Shown here: in pieces, positions 6,951 to 14,082 of the stretch | Numbering within the stretch: position 1 is the stretch's first letter | Layout: each line of letters opens with the position of its first letter | Source: a virus | Length of the DNA: 32,000 nt | Strand: one strand, 5' to 3' | Virus record (IMG/VR): IMGVR_UViG_3300045988_147533 | Location: 1 to 32,000 of that record | Program-made: the position numbers and the translations under genes | Notes under the pieces: generated by a model | Database searches by the model: none | What the model saw: only the letters and a program-made list of their open reading frames with translations | Told to the model about the DNA's origin: nothing

Positions 6951-7466
6951 CTAGTACCCCTCTTTCAATCTTTGATAATTCACTTTGTTTTTGTCACAAT
7001 ATGCTTTGTGCACATCTTCAATCGTGAAACCTAAGTATTCAGTGATTGCGATTAGTCTTTCAAGCTTATTTGAGTTAATGCTCGTTAAATCTGCAAGTAA
7101 ATAAATAATTCCAGTTTTAAAAACTTTAATTTCACAAAAATATGTTATAGCATTGTAAATCATTTGTTCTTCTGCTCTCAACTCCTCTTCACCACTATCG
7201 AAATGATTTTGATAACTTAAAACGAAATGCCAAATATCAACTAATTCTCCTAGAACTTTTTCTTCATCAACAGGTGCTTGAGATTTCTTCCACCAACACC
7301 AATCACCTTTTAATTCGTGCGTAAGTTCTCCAACTTCATCTAGAATTGCGAAGCCAAGATTTTTTTTGTCAATTTCAGTTAATCCGTATTCTTTCATAAT
7401 TGCTTCATCTAGTTTAGCTTGCATTTGAAGCATTTCTTTGATTAATTTAATATCTTTACTTGTCAT
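6951..7466 (-). CDS. Dimeric (all-alpha) dUTPase / MazG-like NTP pyrophosphohydrolase
   Basis: ...LDEVGELTHELKGDWCWWKKSQAPVDEEKVLGELVDIWHFVLS matches the dUTPase_2 pattern seen in Firmicutes phages. Confidence 0.6.
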   Translation of the reverse strand: MTSKDIKLIKEMLQMQAKLDEAIMKEYGLTEIDKKNLGFAILDEVGELTHELKGDWCWWKKSQAPVDEEKVLGELVDIWHFVLSYQNHFDSGEEELRAEEQMIYNAITYFCEIKVFKTGIIYLLADLTSINSNKLERLIAITEYLGFTIEDVHKAYCDKNKVNYQRLKEGY

Positions 7467-7477
7467 TTTTTCTCCTT

Positions 7478-8041
7478 TTATTCATCTATGAAATTTATGA
7501 TATATGTTAATTCTTTCATTCTTTCTACAGCTTCTTCTTTAATGAATTGCAAAGTTGCTCTCTTTGCTACTTCAAAACTTTTAAACGGATGAAAAATGCT
7601 TATTGTTTCTCCAAAATACAATGTGAAATATACATAAAACAATTTTGGCTCACTCTCGTTAAGTTGGTGTTCTTCAATTGTTGCGATTGCTCTGTTTTCA
7701 TTGTAGGCATCAGTCAATACAAGTCGTGTTATTTTTTGCCCGTCAAATCTATTTTTTTCCCATATTAATTTCATATTTTTCTCTTCAGCAACAACTTCAG
7801 AATTGTTATCTTCTGTTCTTCTATGTTTTACATGATCTTTACCGGTTAATAATCTATATAAACAAGCTTTTCCACCAAAGAAATCAAGATTTCTAGAATC
7901 AAGTTCCATTGATCGTACCTCTAAATCTTCATTAAAATACAGTGGGTTGCATTGTTTAAACTCACCATCCACATCAAATGCATCGTATGGTTCTAAACCA
8001 TTTTCTTCCATGAATTTTTCAATAACTTTCAGTTCAATCAT
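7478..8041 (-). CDS. Hypothetical protein (187 aa)
   Basis: Long ORF co-linear with the operon. Confidence 0.7.
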   Translation of the reverse strand: MIELKVIEKFMEENGLEPYDAFDVDGEFKQCNPLYFNEDLEVRSMELDSRNLDFFGGKACLYRLLTGKDHVKHRRTEDNNSEVVAEEKNMKLIWEKNRFDGQKITRLVLTDAYNENRAIATIEEHQLNESEPKLFYVYFTLYFGETISIFHPFKSFEVAKRATLQFIKEEAVERMKELTYIINFIDE

Positions 8042-8244
8042 TCTATTTCCTCCAATTCCAATTCTTCACATATTTTTACGATTATAAATCCATTCCTTGA
8101 ACGCTTTATTTTTCCTTTTTTCTGTTTGGAACACATGGATCTAAATGTATTGATTGTTGTTTCTAAAAACGATGCACATTCATCTTCTGTTCCAATACAA
8201 GCAGGAAGATCATCCTTGTATATTCCATATATTTTTCGTGCCAT
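8038..8244 (-). CDS. Hypothetical protein (68 aa)
   Basis: 4-nt overlap with both neighbours. Confidence 0.6.
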   Translation of the reverse strand: MARKIYGIYKDDLPACIGTEDECASFLETTINTFRSMCSKQKKGKIKRSRNGFIIVKICEELELEEIE

Positions 8245-9035
8245 CAGTTCAACCTGTAATTCTTTCCAGGCTCTTTCTCAATTTCAAAGAAGAAACCATT
8301 GCACTTTTCAACAATTCGTCCAACTACCGCTTCATTTATATCAATCATTTCCTGGCTTGTTCTTTCGCAAGATATGATTGTCTGCATGTTGTTGTTATAG
8401 CGATAATCAATCAAATCAAAGATTGCTTTATCATCCAACCGATTGGCACTAGATTTGAACAAATCATCTAGATACAATATTTGAGCGTGTTTAGCACGTT
8501 CTAGAAGCGAATAATCAAAGTTGCTAATAGAATTGCTCAACTCAATGTATCTGACGTACAGAACACGTTTATTTTGTTCTAACAACCAATTACTGATTCC
8601 TGAACATAAATGTGTTTTCCCACATCCACTCTGCCCTAAAAACATCAACCAATTGCAAGGCATGTGTTCTGCAAAATTGTTTTTACAATCCTGGATGTAA
8701 TTCACTGCCATTTTTTTGATTGCTTCTTGCCAAGGATCAGATGCAACGAAATCATTGATTCGTTTGTTCAACAAATCTTTTAAACCACTGTTCTTTTTGT
8801 TCTTCTCAATCCATTCACTGCGATAGCTTGATAGTTTCTCACAATCATTTCTTTTTGAACAGAACACCTTTGTTGGAGCCACCAAGTATTTCCCGTCATA
8901 ATAAGCTGGCTTTTCCCAAATACCACAAGCGCCTGCTGCCATGCATTTATCACAATCACTTTGACAATGTTTGCTTTTAAGATATTTCTTATTTTCTTCA
9001 TTTTGTTTTTGGATTATTTCACTAACTGACTGCAT
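8244..9035 (-). CDS. DnaC/DnaI/IstB-like AAA+ helicase loader with Cys-rich N-terminus
   Basis: Walker A GQSGCGKTH, Walker B ILYLDDLF; directly downstream of the replication organizer. Confidence 0.8.
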   Translation of the reverse strand: MQSVSEIIQKQNEENKKYLKSKHCQSDCDKCMAAGACGIWEKPAYYDGKYLVAPTKVFCSKRNDCEKLSSYRSEWIEKNKKNSGLKDLLNKRINDFVASDPWQEAIKKMAVNYIQDCKNNFAEHMPCNWLMFLGQSGCGKTHLCSGISNWLLEQNKRVLYVRYIELSNSISNFDYSLLERAKHAQILYLDDLFKSSANRLDDKAIFDLIDYRYNNNMQTIISCERTSQEMIDINEAVVGRIVEKCNGFFFEIEKEPGKNYRLN

Positions 9036-9838
9036 TACATCTTCATTCCTTTCGTGATTACAAAATTATTTGTTTTTTGTTTAGGTGCTACACTGTTCAG
9101 ATAAATTTCAAACTTAGATCCAAACAACGTGTCAGGCCTTAGATACTTGTTCATCTCTGTATCGTTTACCCATTCAGAAGCTTTAACATCAATCACAAGC
9201 TTAAAGTCTTCTAACCTGAATCCTTCATTCCATCTAGCATGAATCTTATCTCTAGCAATACGATTACTGTGTTTGTAATTCTTTGAACATTTAGAATTCA
9301 AGTAGTCAATAATTTCAACATAAGGGATTGTTTCTGATGCTGATAAATCAGTGTCGTCGGAACTTTCTTTTATATTTCTTTTATTATTAACTGTGTATAT
9401 AAATGTTTTATTAACTGTCTTACATTGGACAGATTTGTCTTTTGTACATTGGACAGATTTGTCTTTTGTACATTGGACAGATTCGGTAAATGCATTGGAC
9501 AAATTTGACCAATCGATAGATAAAGCATTTTTTAACTTTTCACCCATATTTCCAAATGCATACCAGCTTGTTTGATTCCAAGGATTTTCATTGTAATTTC
9601 CTTTGATAATCAAATCTTCATCAACCATTTTTTGAAGTATTCTTTGTATCTTTTTTTCACTCCAGTATGGAAATAATTTTTTAAATCCTTTTGCAGAATT
9701 AAACGTCCAATATTTTCCATCATGATAGTTGTTCTCATTTGCTTCATTTTTGTTGATCCAAAAACAAAACATATCAAATACAACAGCAACTTCAATGCCG
9801 TATTTGTCGGCTATTGCTATTTCAAAACTGTGTTTCAT
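9035..9838 (-). CDS. Phage replisome organizer / DnaD-like replication initiator
   Basis: C-terminus ...IIDYLNSKCSKNYKHSNRIARDKIHARWNEGFRLEDFKLVIDVKASEW...YLRPDTLFG resembles the conserved phage C-terminal (DnaD-like) domain; contains internal iterons. Confidence 0.75.
   Translation of the reverse strand: MKHSFEIAIADKYGIEVAVVFDMFCFWINKNEANENNYHDGKYWTFNSAKGFKKLFPYWSEKKIQRILQKMVDEDLIIKGNYNENPWNQTSWYAFGNMGEKLKNALSIDWSNLSNAFTESVQCTKDKSVQCTKDKSVQCKTVNKTFIYTVNNKRNIKESSDDTDLSASETIPYVEIIDYLNSKCSKNYKHSNRIARDKIHARWNEGFRLEDFKLVIDVKASEWVNDTEMNKYLRPDTLFGSKFEIYLNSVAPKQKTNNFVITKGMKM
9421..9507. repeat. Iterons (candidate phage ori) inside the replication organizer gene
   Basis: TACATTGGACAGATTTGTCTTTTG repeated exactly at 9421-9444 and 9445-9468, a partial copy from 9469, and a degenerate CATTGGACAAATTTG at 9493-9507. 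Encodes SVQCTKDK SVQCTKDK SVQC. Confidence 0.75.
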
Positions 9839-9847
9839 TTTCTATCC

Positions 9848-10111
9848 TCAGAATAAAGATATTTCCTTTATTCTCTTTCTATTCCTTGTATTACTTTTAG
9901 GTAGAATCACAAGCTCATAAAGCCTTCCATCTACCTGATAAAAACGATATGCTGCGCCCATACAAGAAACATTTTTTCTTTGTACAAGAGCAGCTGTTAT
10001 TCCATATTCTTCAAACATATAAACTGCATCAGGAACTACTTGTAGAACCTCATATGATGCATCTTGAACCTGAATAACATCACCTGTATTAACATTAGTA
10101 GCTTCTTTCAT
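9848..10111 (-). CDS. Hypothetical protein (87 aa)
   Basis: In-operon ORF upstream of the replication genes. Confidence 0.6.
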   Translation of the reverse strand: MKEATNVNTGDVIQVQDASYEVLQVVPDAVYMFEEYGITAALVQRKNVSCMGAAYRFYQVDGRLYELVILPKSNTRNRKRIKEISLF

Positions 10112-10158
10112 TTGTTTCTCCCGTCTTGTATAATTACCTCGAAAAGAGGTATATTTAT

Positions 10159-10614
10159 ATGAAATTTGATAATGATTTTTTAAATTTTGCTTTTAAATCG
10201 TGGCCTTATATAGTCGCGATAATTCCATCTTGTGTAGGTCTTCATAAGTCGATTAAAGTAGAGAAGATTATAGCTGCTAATAAGGAACTTGTTTCTATAA
10301 TCCAAGCTCGTGCACCAATAACTCAAGAGCATTACAATCAATTATTAAGTGTTTTCTCTGATTATTTAGACAAAGCCGCTAGATACAATAAATCAGATGG
10401 GAACAATTTATTAAAAGAATATCGTGCTGCCTATTTAAAATCTCGAATGCTAATCCCTGACAAAGAACTACATGATAAAATGGATGAAGTTAATACGTAT
10501 TTGTTAGATCAAAAAAAATCTAATATTAAATCTGAATTGGAATTCACTAACATGTTGGCTGATATATCTGACTCTTTCAGTCTCTTTCTAGATCAAATTG
10601 AAAGAAACGCATGA
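10159..10614 (+). CDS. Moron-like membrane-anchored protein (151 aa), opposite strand to the surrounding operon
   Basis: ATG at 10159 about 9 nt after AAGAGG, preferred over the track's TTG at 10126. N-terminal hydrophobic segment WPYIVAIIPSCVGL, then a helical domain. Confidence 0.6.
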   Translation: MKFDNDFLNFAFKSWPYIVAIIPSCVGLHKSIKVEKIIAANKELVSIIQARAPITQEHYNQLLSVFSDYLDKAARYNKSDGNNLLKEYRAAYLKSRMLIPDKELHDKMDEVNTYLLDQKKSNIKSELEFTNMLADISDSFSLFLDQIERNA

Positions 10615-10784
10615 CATAGTCCAAATGCACATGCATGTCCATAGAACCAAAATTTAAAATACTGAATTGCATGTCTTTTAATATCGTCTTTATAGTCATA
10701 GAATTTAGTTTCAATAAATTCTAAAATAAAAGCAATCATGATTGTTACCATCCATCCAACATCCACTGCAAATTTAACATCCAT
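10593..10784 (-). CDS. Small membrane protein (63 aa)
   Basis: Starts 9 nt after the recombinase stop; two hydrophobic segments; 22-nt convergent overlap with 10159-10614. Confidence 0.4.
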   Translation of the reverse strand: MDVKFAVDVGWMVTIMIAFILEFIETKFYDYKDDIKRHAIQYFKFWFYGHACAFGLCHAFLSI

Positions 10785-10792
10785 TCCATTCC

Positions 10793-11692
10793 CTACTTTC
10801 TTTTCGCATAACTCAATGATTCAAGATTTTGCTTTTTCATTTTCCTTGTTGTACGAACATAGATTCTTGTAGTTTCTAAACTAGAATGTCCAAGAATATC
10901 CGCAAGTTCTGCAATCGCATTTTCACCATTCTGCATCAAATACTGAATTGCAAACAAATGCCTAAATGCATGAGGATGTACTTTACCAAGCTTAATTCCT
11001 CTGCATTTACCAGCAATCATCTTTAAGTCTCTAGACAACACACGAGCGTTTACAGGACTTTCCTTATCAGAAGATGTAAATATACACCCTTCTTCAATTC
11101 TGTTGTCCTTGCAGTATTTAAGGAGCTCTCTGCGCAAGTCTGAACGTAGAATGATTCCTCTTCCTTTTCCTTTGTTCATAACATACACATTGTCATCCGT
11201 TACTGCTTCTACGGTAAAGAACTGTAGTTCACTCAAACGAATTCCCGTATACCCAAACACCTTCATGATCTCGTATAAGTCCATACGATTGATTTCACGA
11301 GCTTTTTTCAATAGTCTTTGAAATTCATTAGGCTCTAGAATATCATCCAAAGAATCATCTTTCTGGACTCTTACGTTCTTCAATAAATTCTTTGAATAAT
11401 ATTTCTTTAGCTTAAGAAAATTAAAATCATCATCTGAATCTATGATCTCTGCATATTTAATAAATTTATTAATGATCACAATATAGTTGTTTACTGTACT
11501 GATTTTATAATCGTGCAGCAGTTTATCTTTAACACCAACTATATCTGATTTTGTGATTTTACAATCAGGCAATGAGTTAACAAACAAAGTAGCAACATGC
11601 TTGTATTTACGAATGGTATTCTTACTTTTCTCATCCGCTGTTTCTTCTTCAATAAACCCGTCAATTTTTGTTTGTAACTCATCCTTAGTCAT
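10793..11692 (-). CDS. Second tyrosine recombinase (XerC/XerD-like, 299 aa)
   Basis: RLSELQ (Arg), HPHAFRHLFA (H-x-x-R) and LGHSSLETTRIYV (His...Tyr) catalytic signature. Confidence 0.85.
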   Translation of the reverse strand: MTKDELQTKIDGFIEEETADEKSKNTIRKYKHVATLFVNSLPDCKITKSDIVGVKDKLLHDYKISTVNNYIVIINKFIKYAEIIDSDDDFNFLKLKKYYSKNLLKNVRVQKDDSLDDILEPNEFQRLLKKAREINRMDLYEIMKVFGYTGIRLSELQFFTVEAVTDDNVYVMNKGKGRGIILRSDLRRELLKYCKDNRIEEGCIFTSSDKESPVNARVLSRDLKMIAGKCRGIKLGKVHPHAFRHLFAIQYLMQNGENAIAELADILGHSSLETTRIYVRTTRKMKKQNLESLSYAKRK

Positions 11693-11693
11693 A

Positions 11694-11915
11694 TTACTTA
11701 ACTACCTGGATGATTGTTGTAGCCAACACCTTAGTAGATAAAAATACGCATACATTCAATGCAAGTAAAGCAATATTAATGAATGTACATGCAACTACAT
11801 AATTCTTTGACTTAGGTTTCAAATTAATGAGATACTTGTCATCTAACTTATTAATCTCATAGTTATCGAAATCAGGAATTACCCAATTTTCTTTTTCTTC
11901 TTTTTCTTTTGTCAT
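11694..11915 (-). CDS. Small membrane protein (73 aa), translationally coupled to the recombinase
   Basis: ATG at 11915 after AAGGAG. MTKEKEEKENW...VVACTFINIALLALNVCVFL TM segment. Stop lies 1 nt from the recombinase start. Confidence 0.55.
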   Translation of the reverse strand: MTKEKEEKENWVIPDFDNYEINKLDDKYLINLKPKSKNYVVACTFINIALLALNVCVFLSTKVLATTIIQVVK

Positions 11916-11956
11916 TTTATATCTCCTTATATAATAGTGATTGGAGGTGAAAAGAA

Positions 11957-12172
11957 ATGTCTGATTTAGCAATTCAAATCCACAAATTTGTCCTAGCAAA
12001 CAAATATGGTGAGTATGATACATGTAGCATAGAAAATGTTTCCAAAGCGTTCCCAGGCTATACAGAATATCAACTCGAAGATGCTCTTGATGAACTAGCA
12101 GACCGTGGATATATCAAATCAAACGGTCATTTTGACGCTACTGATTATTACACTTTCACAGTGTTGAAATAA
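11957..12172 (+). CDS. Small acidic protein (71 aa), possibly winged-helix; divergent from the recombinase operon
   Basis: GGAGGTG SD; own terminator at 12184-12210; only a 41-bp divergent intergenic region containing TATAAT. Confidence 0.6.
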   Translation: MSDLAIQIHKFVLANKYGEYDTCSIENVSKAFPGYTEYQLEDALDELADRGYIKSNGHFDATDYYTFTVLK

Positions 12173-12181
12173 CCCAAGGCA

Positions 12182-12472
12182 TTAGCACTCTTTAGAGTGC
12201 TTTTCTTTTTGCCTTACCCTTTCATGAATCGAATATGCTCTATCTTGATGATCTATTCTTTTCACCAAAATCCAATCCTTAGCCAAAATATCATTTGTTG
12301 TAATACCTGCCATACGAACAATACATCCTTTAAAAGGAATATAAGCTCCATAGCCATAAATAGCATTATCAAACGGCACTAAATAGCCATTTACAGTTGT
12401 GAGGAATGAATTCTTGCGTACCATTCCCATTTTTCTTTTCTTTGCCAACTTAGTGGCTTTCATAATATTCAT
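12182..12472 (-). CDS. DUF2829/Tad2-like small protein (possible anti-Thoeris signal sponge)
   Basis: N-terminal KATKLAKKRKMGMVRKNSF and C-terminal ...GITTNDILAKDWILV resemble the DUF2829 pattern (...GkkvrRk.W ... DLLAEDWEIV). AAGGAG SD. Confidence 0.45.
   Translation of the reverse strand: MNIMKATKLAKKRKMGMVRKNSFLTTVNGYLVPFDNAIYGYGAYIPFKGCIVRMAGITTNDILAKDWILVKRIDHQDRAYSIHERVRQKEKHSKEC
12184..12210 (+). terminator. Rho-independent terminator of 11957-12172
   Basis: AGCACTCT / AGAGTGCT followed by TTTTCTTTTT. Confidence 0.6.
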
Positions 12473-12497
12473 TTTTTATTTCTCCTTTTAGAAACTG

Positions 12498-12506
12498 TGA
12501 TATAAT
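12498..12506 (+). promoter_or_regulatory. Extended -10 promoter element (TGATATAAT)
   Basis: Perfect TGnTATAAT in the 67-bp gap between two minus-strand genes; poor -35. Confidence 0.35.
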
Positions 12507-12512
12507 AATGAT

Positions 12513-12572
12513 GTGGCTAATTTATACAGGGCTGCTGCCCTAGCACTCTTGTCCAAGAGTGCTTTTTATTTG
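12513..12572 (+). ncRNA. Candidate cis-antisense small RNA of about 55-60 nt
   Basis: Predicted start about 7 nt after the extended -10, ending at the 12542-12572 terminator. Antisense to the 3' end of 12540-12800 and the intergenic mRNA. Confidence 0.3.
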
Positions 12573-12800
12573 TTCCTTCCAAATGTCATTAAGTGCACTT
12601 TTAGTCTCAGGAAAATACTCAACAAATAACGGAGTAGGAACTGCAAGAATCTTTCCAAGCATAGTGTCTCGATATGATCCTTCAAATATTTCACCCTTTT
12701 TATCTTTTTGTCTGCGTAGATTATGTAAAATCTTCCTGGCTTGTGTATCCTTTACAGGTAAAACCAGAAGTACATCCTTCACAGTTACGTACGCTTTCAT
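12540..12800 (-). CDS. Hypothetical 86-aa protein, possibly an excisionase/MerR-type HTH
   Basis: AAAGGAGAG SD; N-terminal YVTVKDVLLVLPVKDTQARKIL is HTH-like. Confidence 0.55.
   Translation of the reverse strand: MKAYVTVKDVLLVLPVKDTQARKILHNLRRQKDKKGEIFEGSYRDTMLGKILAVPTPLFVEYFPETKSALNDIWKEQIKSTLGQEC
12542..12572 (+). terminator. Plus-strand rho-independent terminator overlapping the stop of 12540-12800
   Basis: AGCACTCTTG / CAAGAGTGCT followed by TTTTTATTT. Confidence 0.55.
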
Positions 12801-12859
12801 TTCTTTTTGCTCTCCTTTCCGTTATGTTCATGTGTATAATTGATACGGAGGTATAACAC

Positions 12860-13309
12860 ATGAAATTACTAAATACTTTTAAATCACTACTCGATATCGC
12901 CAATAAAATTATTCCTAGTTTTAGAATCATACGTTTTAACTCAAAAGTAATTGATTATGAGTTACAAAATAAGACTACTTTGCTCTATATTCACCTTATA
13001 AACGATTCAAACTGTGATATAGAAATAAGAAACATTTCCATTGTCGATAACGATAAAGAATATCCTGTTCTCTTAGAACCGACCCTCATTAAAGTTGAAG
13101 GCGGTAAAGCTCAATATTCTTCTGCACTTCCTTTTCAAATGAATCCAAGGACGTCAAATTACGTTTATTTAATATTCCGTAATTATGAAGGAAGGTCTTT
13201 AGAGATTGATAATCTTCTCTCTTTGAAATTTCAAATAAATCGTAAGGAGTTAGTGATAAATCAATTCCTACCTCGTAAATCTTATTATCTGCATAATAAG
13301 CGGAGGTAA
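12860..13309 (+). CDS. Moron-like hypothetical protein (149 aa) on the opposite strand to the early operon
   Basis: GGAGG 9 nt upstream of the ATG; TATAAT at about 12832; followed by the 13353-13391 hairpin. Confidence 0.6.
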   Translation: MKLLNTFKSLLDIANKIIPSFRIIRFNSKVIDYELQNKTTLLYIHLINDSNCDIEIRNISIVDNDKEYPVLLEPTLIKVEGGKAQYSSALPFQMNPRTSNYVYLIFRNYEGRSLEIDNLLSLKFQINRKELVINQFLPRKSYYLHNKRR

Positions 13310-13352
13310 TTACATTTCCTTTTTCCATAACATTCTCCATAAAATATAAAAA

Positions 13353-13391
13353 GCCCTGTGTAAACCTAAATAGTGGAATTTTACACAAGGC
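13353..13391. terminator. Hairpin terminator (clear U-run on the minus strand), with a competing upstream pairing
   Basis: TGTGTAAA (13357-13364) / TTTACACA (13380-13387), extended by GCC/GGC. The minus strand continues CTTTTTATATTTT. Confidence 0.55.
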
Positions 13392-13549
13392 CTAAATTTA
13401 CATTTGTTTTGTACGTATAAAACATGATATACTACTAGTGGCCTTGTGCCTTGATGATGATGTGAATTTGTCGCAAACAATGAAACACATCAACATCCGA
13501 TTTTCTAGGGTTCGTGTTCGGTCGCCAAACTAAATCACGTTCCCTATTT

Positions 13550-13723
13550 TTATTTTACTTTGTTAATGAGCATTCTGACATATTCAGAACGGCTCATTTT
13601 TTCTTTTTTACAGAGTTCATCAAGTTTATTTAAAGTTGATTTATCAAACCGAATCTCTGTTCTAACATTTTTTGGTTCTCCTATTACAGGTCTTCCCATC
13701 TTAGACTTTGCGACTTCATTCAT
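13550..13723 (-). CDS. Ribbon-helix-helix (CopG/Arc-type) DNA-binding protein (57 aa)
   Basis: MNEVAKSKMGRPVIGEPKNVRTEIRFDKSTLNKLDELCKKEKMSRSEYVRMLI has the RHH pattern. ATG at 13723 after AAAGGAG, preferred over the track's GTG at 13774. Confidence 0.7.
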   Translation of the reverse strand: MNEVAKSKMGRPVIGEPKNVRTEIRFDKSTLNKLDELCKKEKMSRSEYVRMLINKVK

Positions 13724-13830
13724 ACCGCTCCTTTCCCAATGAACAACATACTTTTGTACGTTGATTTGTCGCACATATATAATGACATATGTACGTAGTT
13801 ATGTCAAACGGATTATGGCGAAAATTTCCA

Positions 13831-14010
13831 CTATTCAGTTTTCAAAGAACTATCGGACTCGGGATGTTTATCTGAGTCCGTTTCTGAGCCTTTTCTTTTG
13901 CTCTGAGTCAAAATACACGCGATATATCCTCGATCATACTCATTGATGTCGTATCCCATCTTTCCCAGTGTATCCAAAGCGTCTTTAGTGACATTTTCCT
14001 CATCAGTCAT
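13831..14010 (-). CDS. First early-operon ORF (59 aa, acidic), hypothetical
   Basis: ATG at 14010 after AAAAGGAGGG. Hand translation MTDEENVTKDALDTLGKMGYDINEYDRGYIACILTQSKRKGSETDSDKHPESDSSLKTE. Just below the track cutoff. Confidence 0.5.
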   Translation of the reverse strand: MTDEENVTKDALDTLGKMGYDINEYDRGYIACILTQSKRKGSETDSDKHPESDSSLKTE

Positions 14011-14037
14011 TACATCCCTCCTTTTAAAATACTTTTT

Positions 14038-14074
14038 GTATGCAACACATACATTATAAGTATGTGTTGCATAC
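14038..14074. promoter_or_regulatory. Operator: 37-bp perfect palindrome in the repressor / early-operon switch region
   Basis: GTATGCAACACATAC ATTATAA GTATGTGTTGCATAC (15-bp arms, 7-bp centre). Confidence 0.7.
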
Positions 14075-14082
14075 TATGTCAA
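14053..14082 (-). promoter_or_regulatory. Early (lytic) promoter embedded in the palindrome
   Basis: Minus strand: TTGACA (14082-14077), 18-nt spacer that is one palindrome arm, TATAAT (14058-14053, the palindrome centre). Confidence 0.65.

Noticed and set aside
9421-9507. Tandem repeats considered as a CRISPR array (also 14597-14640)
   Set aside because: The repeats are contiguous with no spacers, are 24 bp and 11 bp long, and number only 3-4 copies. The first set lies in frame inside a replication gene, so it is iterons, not CRISPR.
11694-12023. 109-aa version of the minus-strand ORF upstream of the recombinase
   Set aside because: The extended N-terminus runs through the divergent promoter and start of 11957-12172. 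The internal ATG at 11915 has an AAGGAG SD, so the 73-aa form was called instead.
13089-13388. 99-aa minus-strand ORF antisense to 12860-13309
   Set aside because: Not called as a feature. It starts right after a terminator and overlaps a plus-strand gene that has a much better SD. It is kept as a low-interest finding because its product is not low-complexity and an attenuator lies just upstream.
13761-13946. 61-aa plus-strand ORF in the switch-proximal region
   Set aside because: It overlaps the minus-strand 59-aa ORF, which has a strong AAAAGGAGGG SD. The plus ORF has no SD and no promoter.
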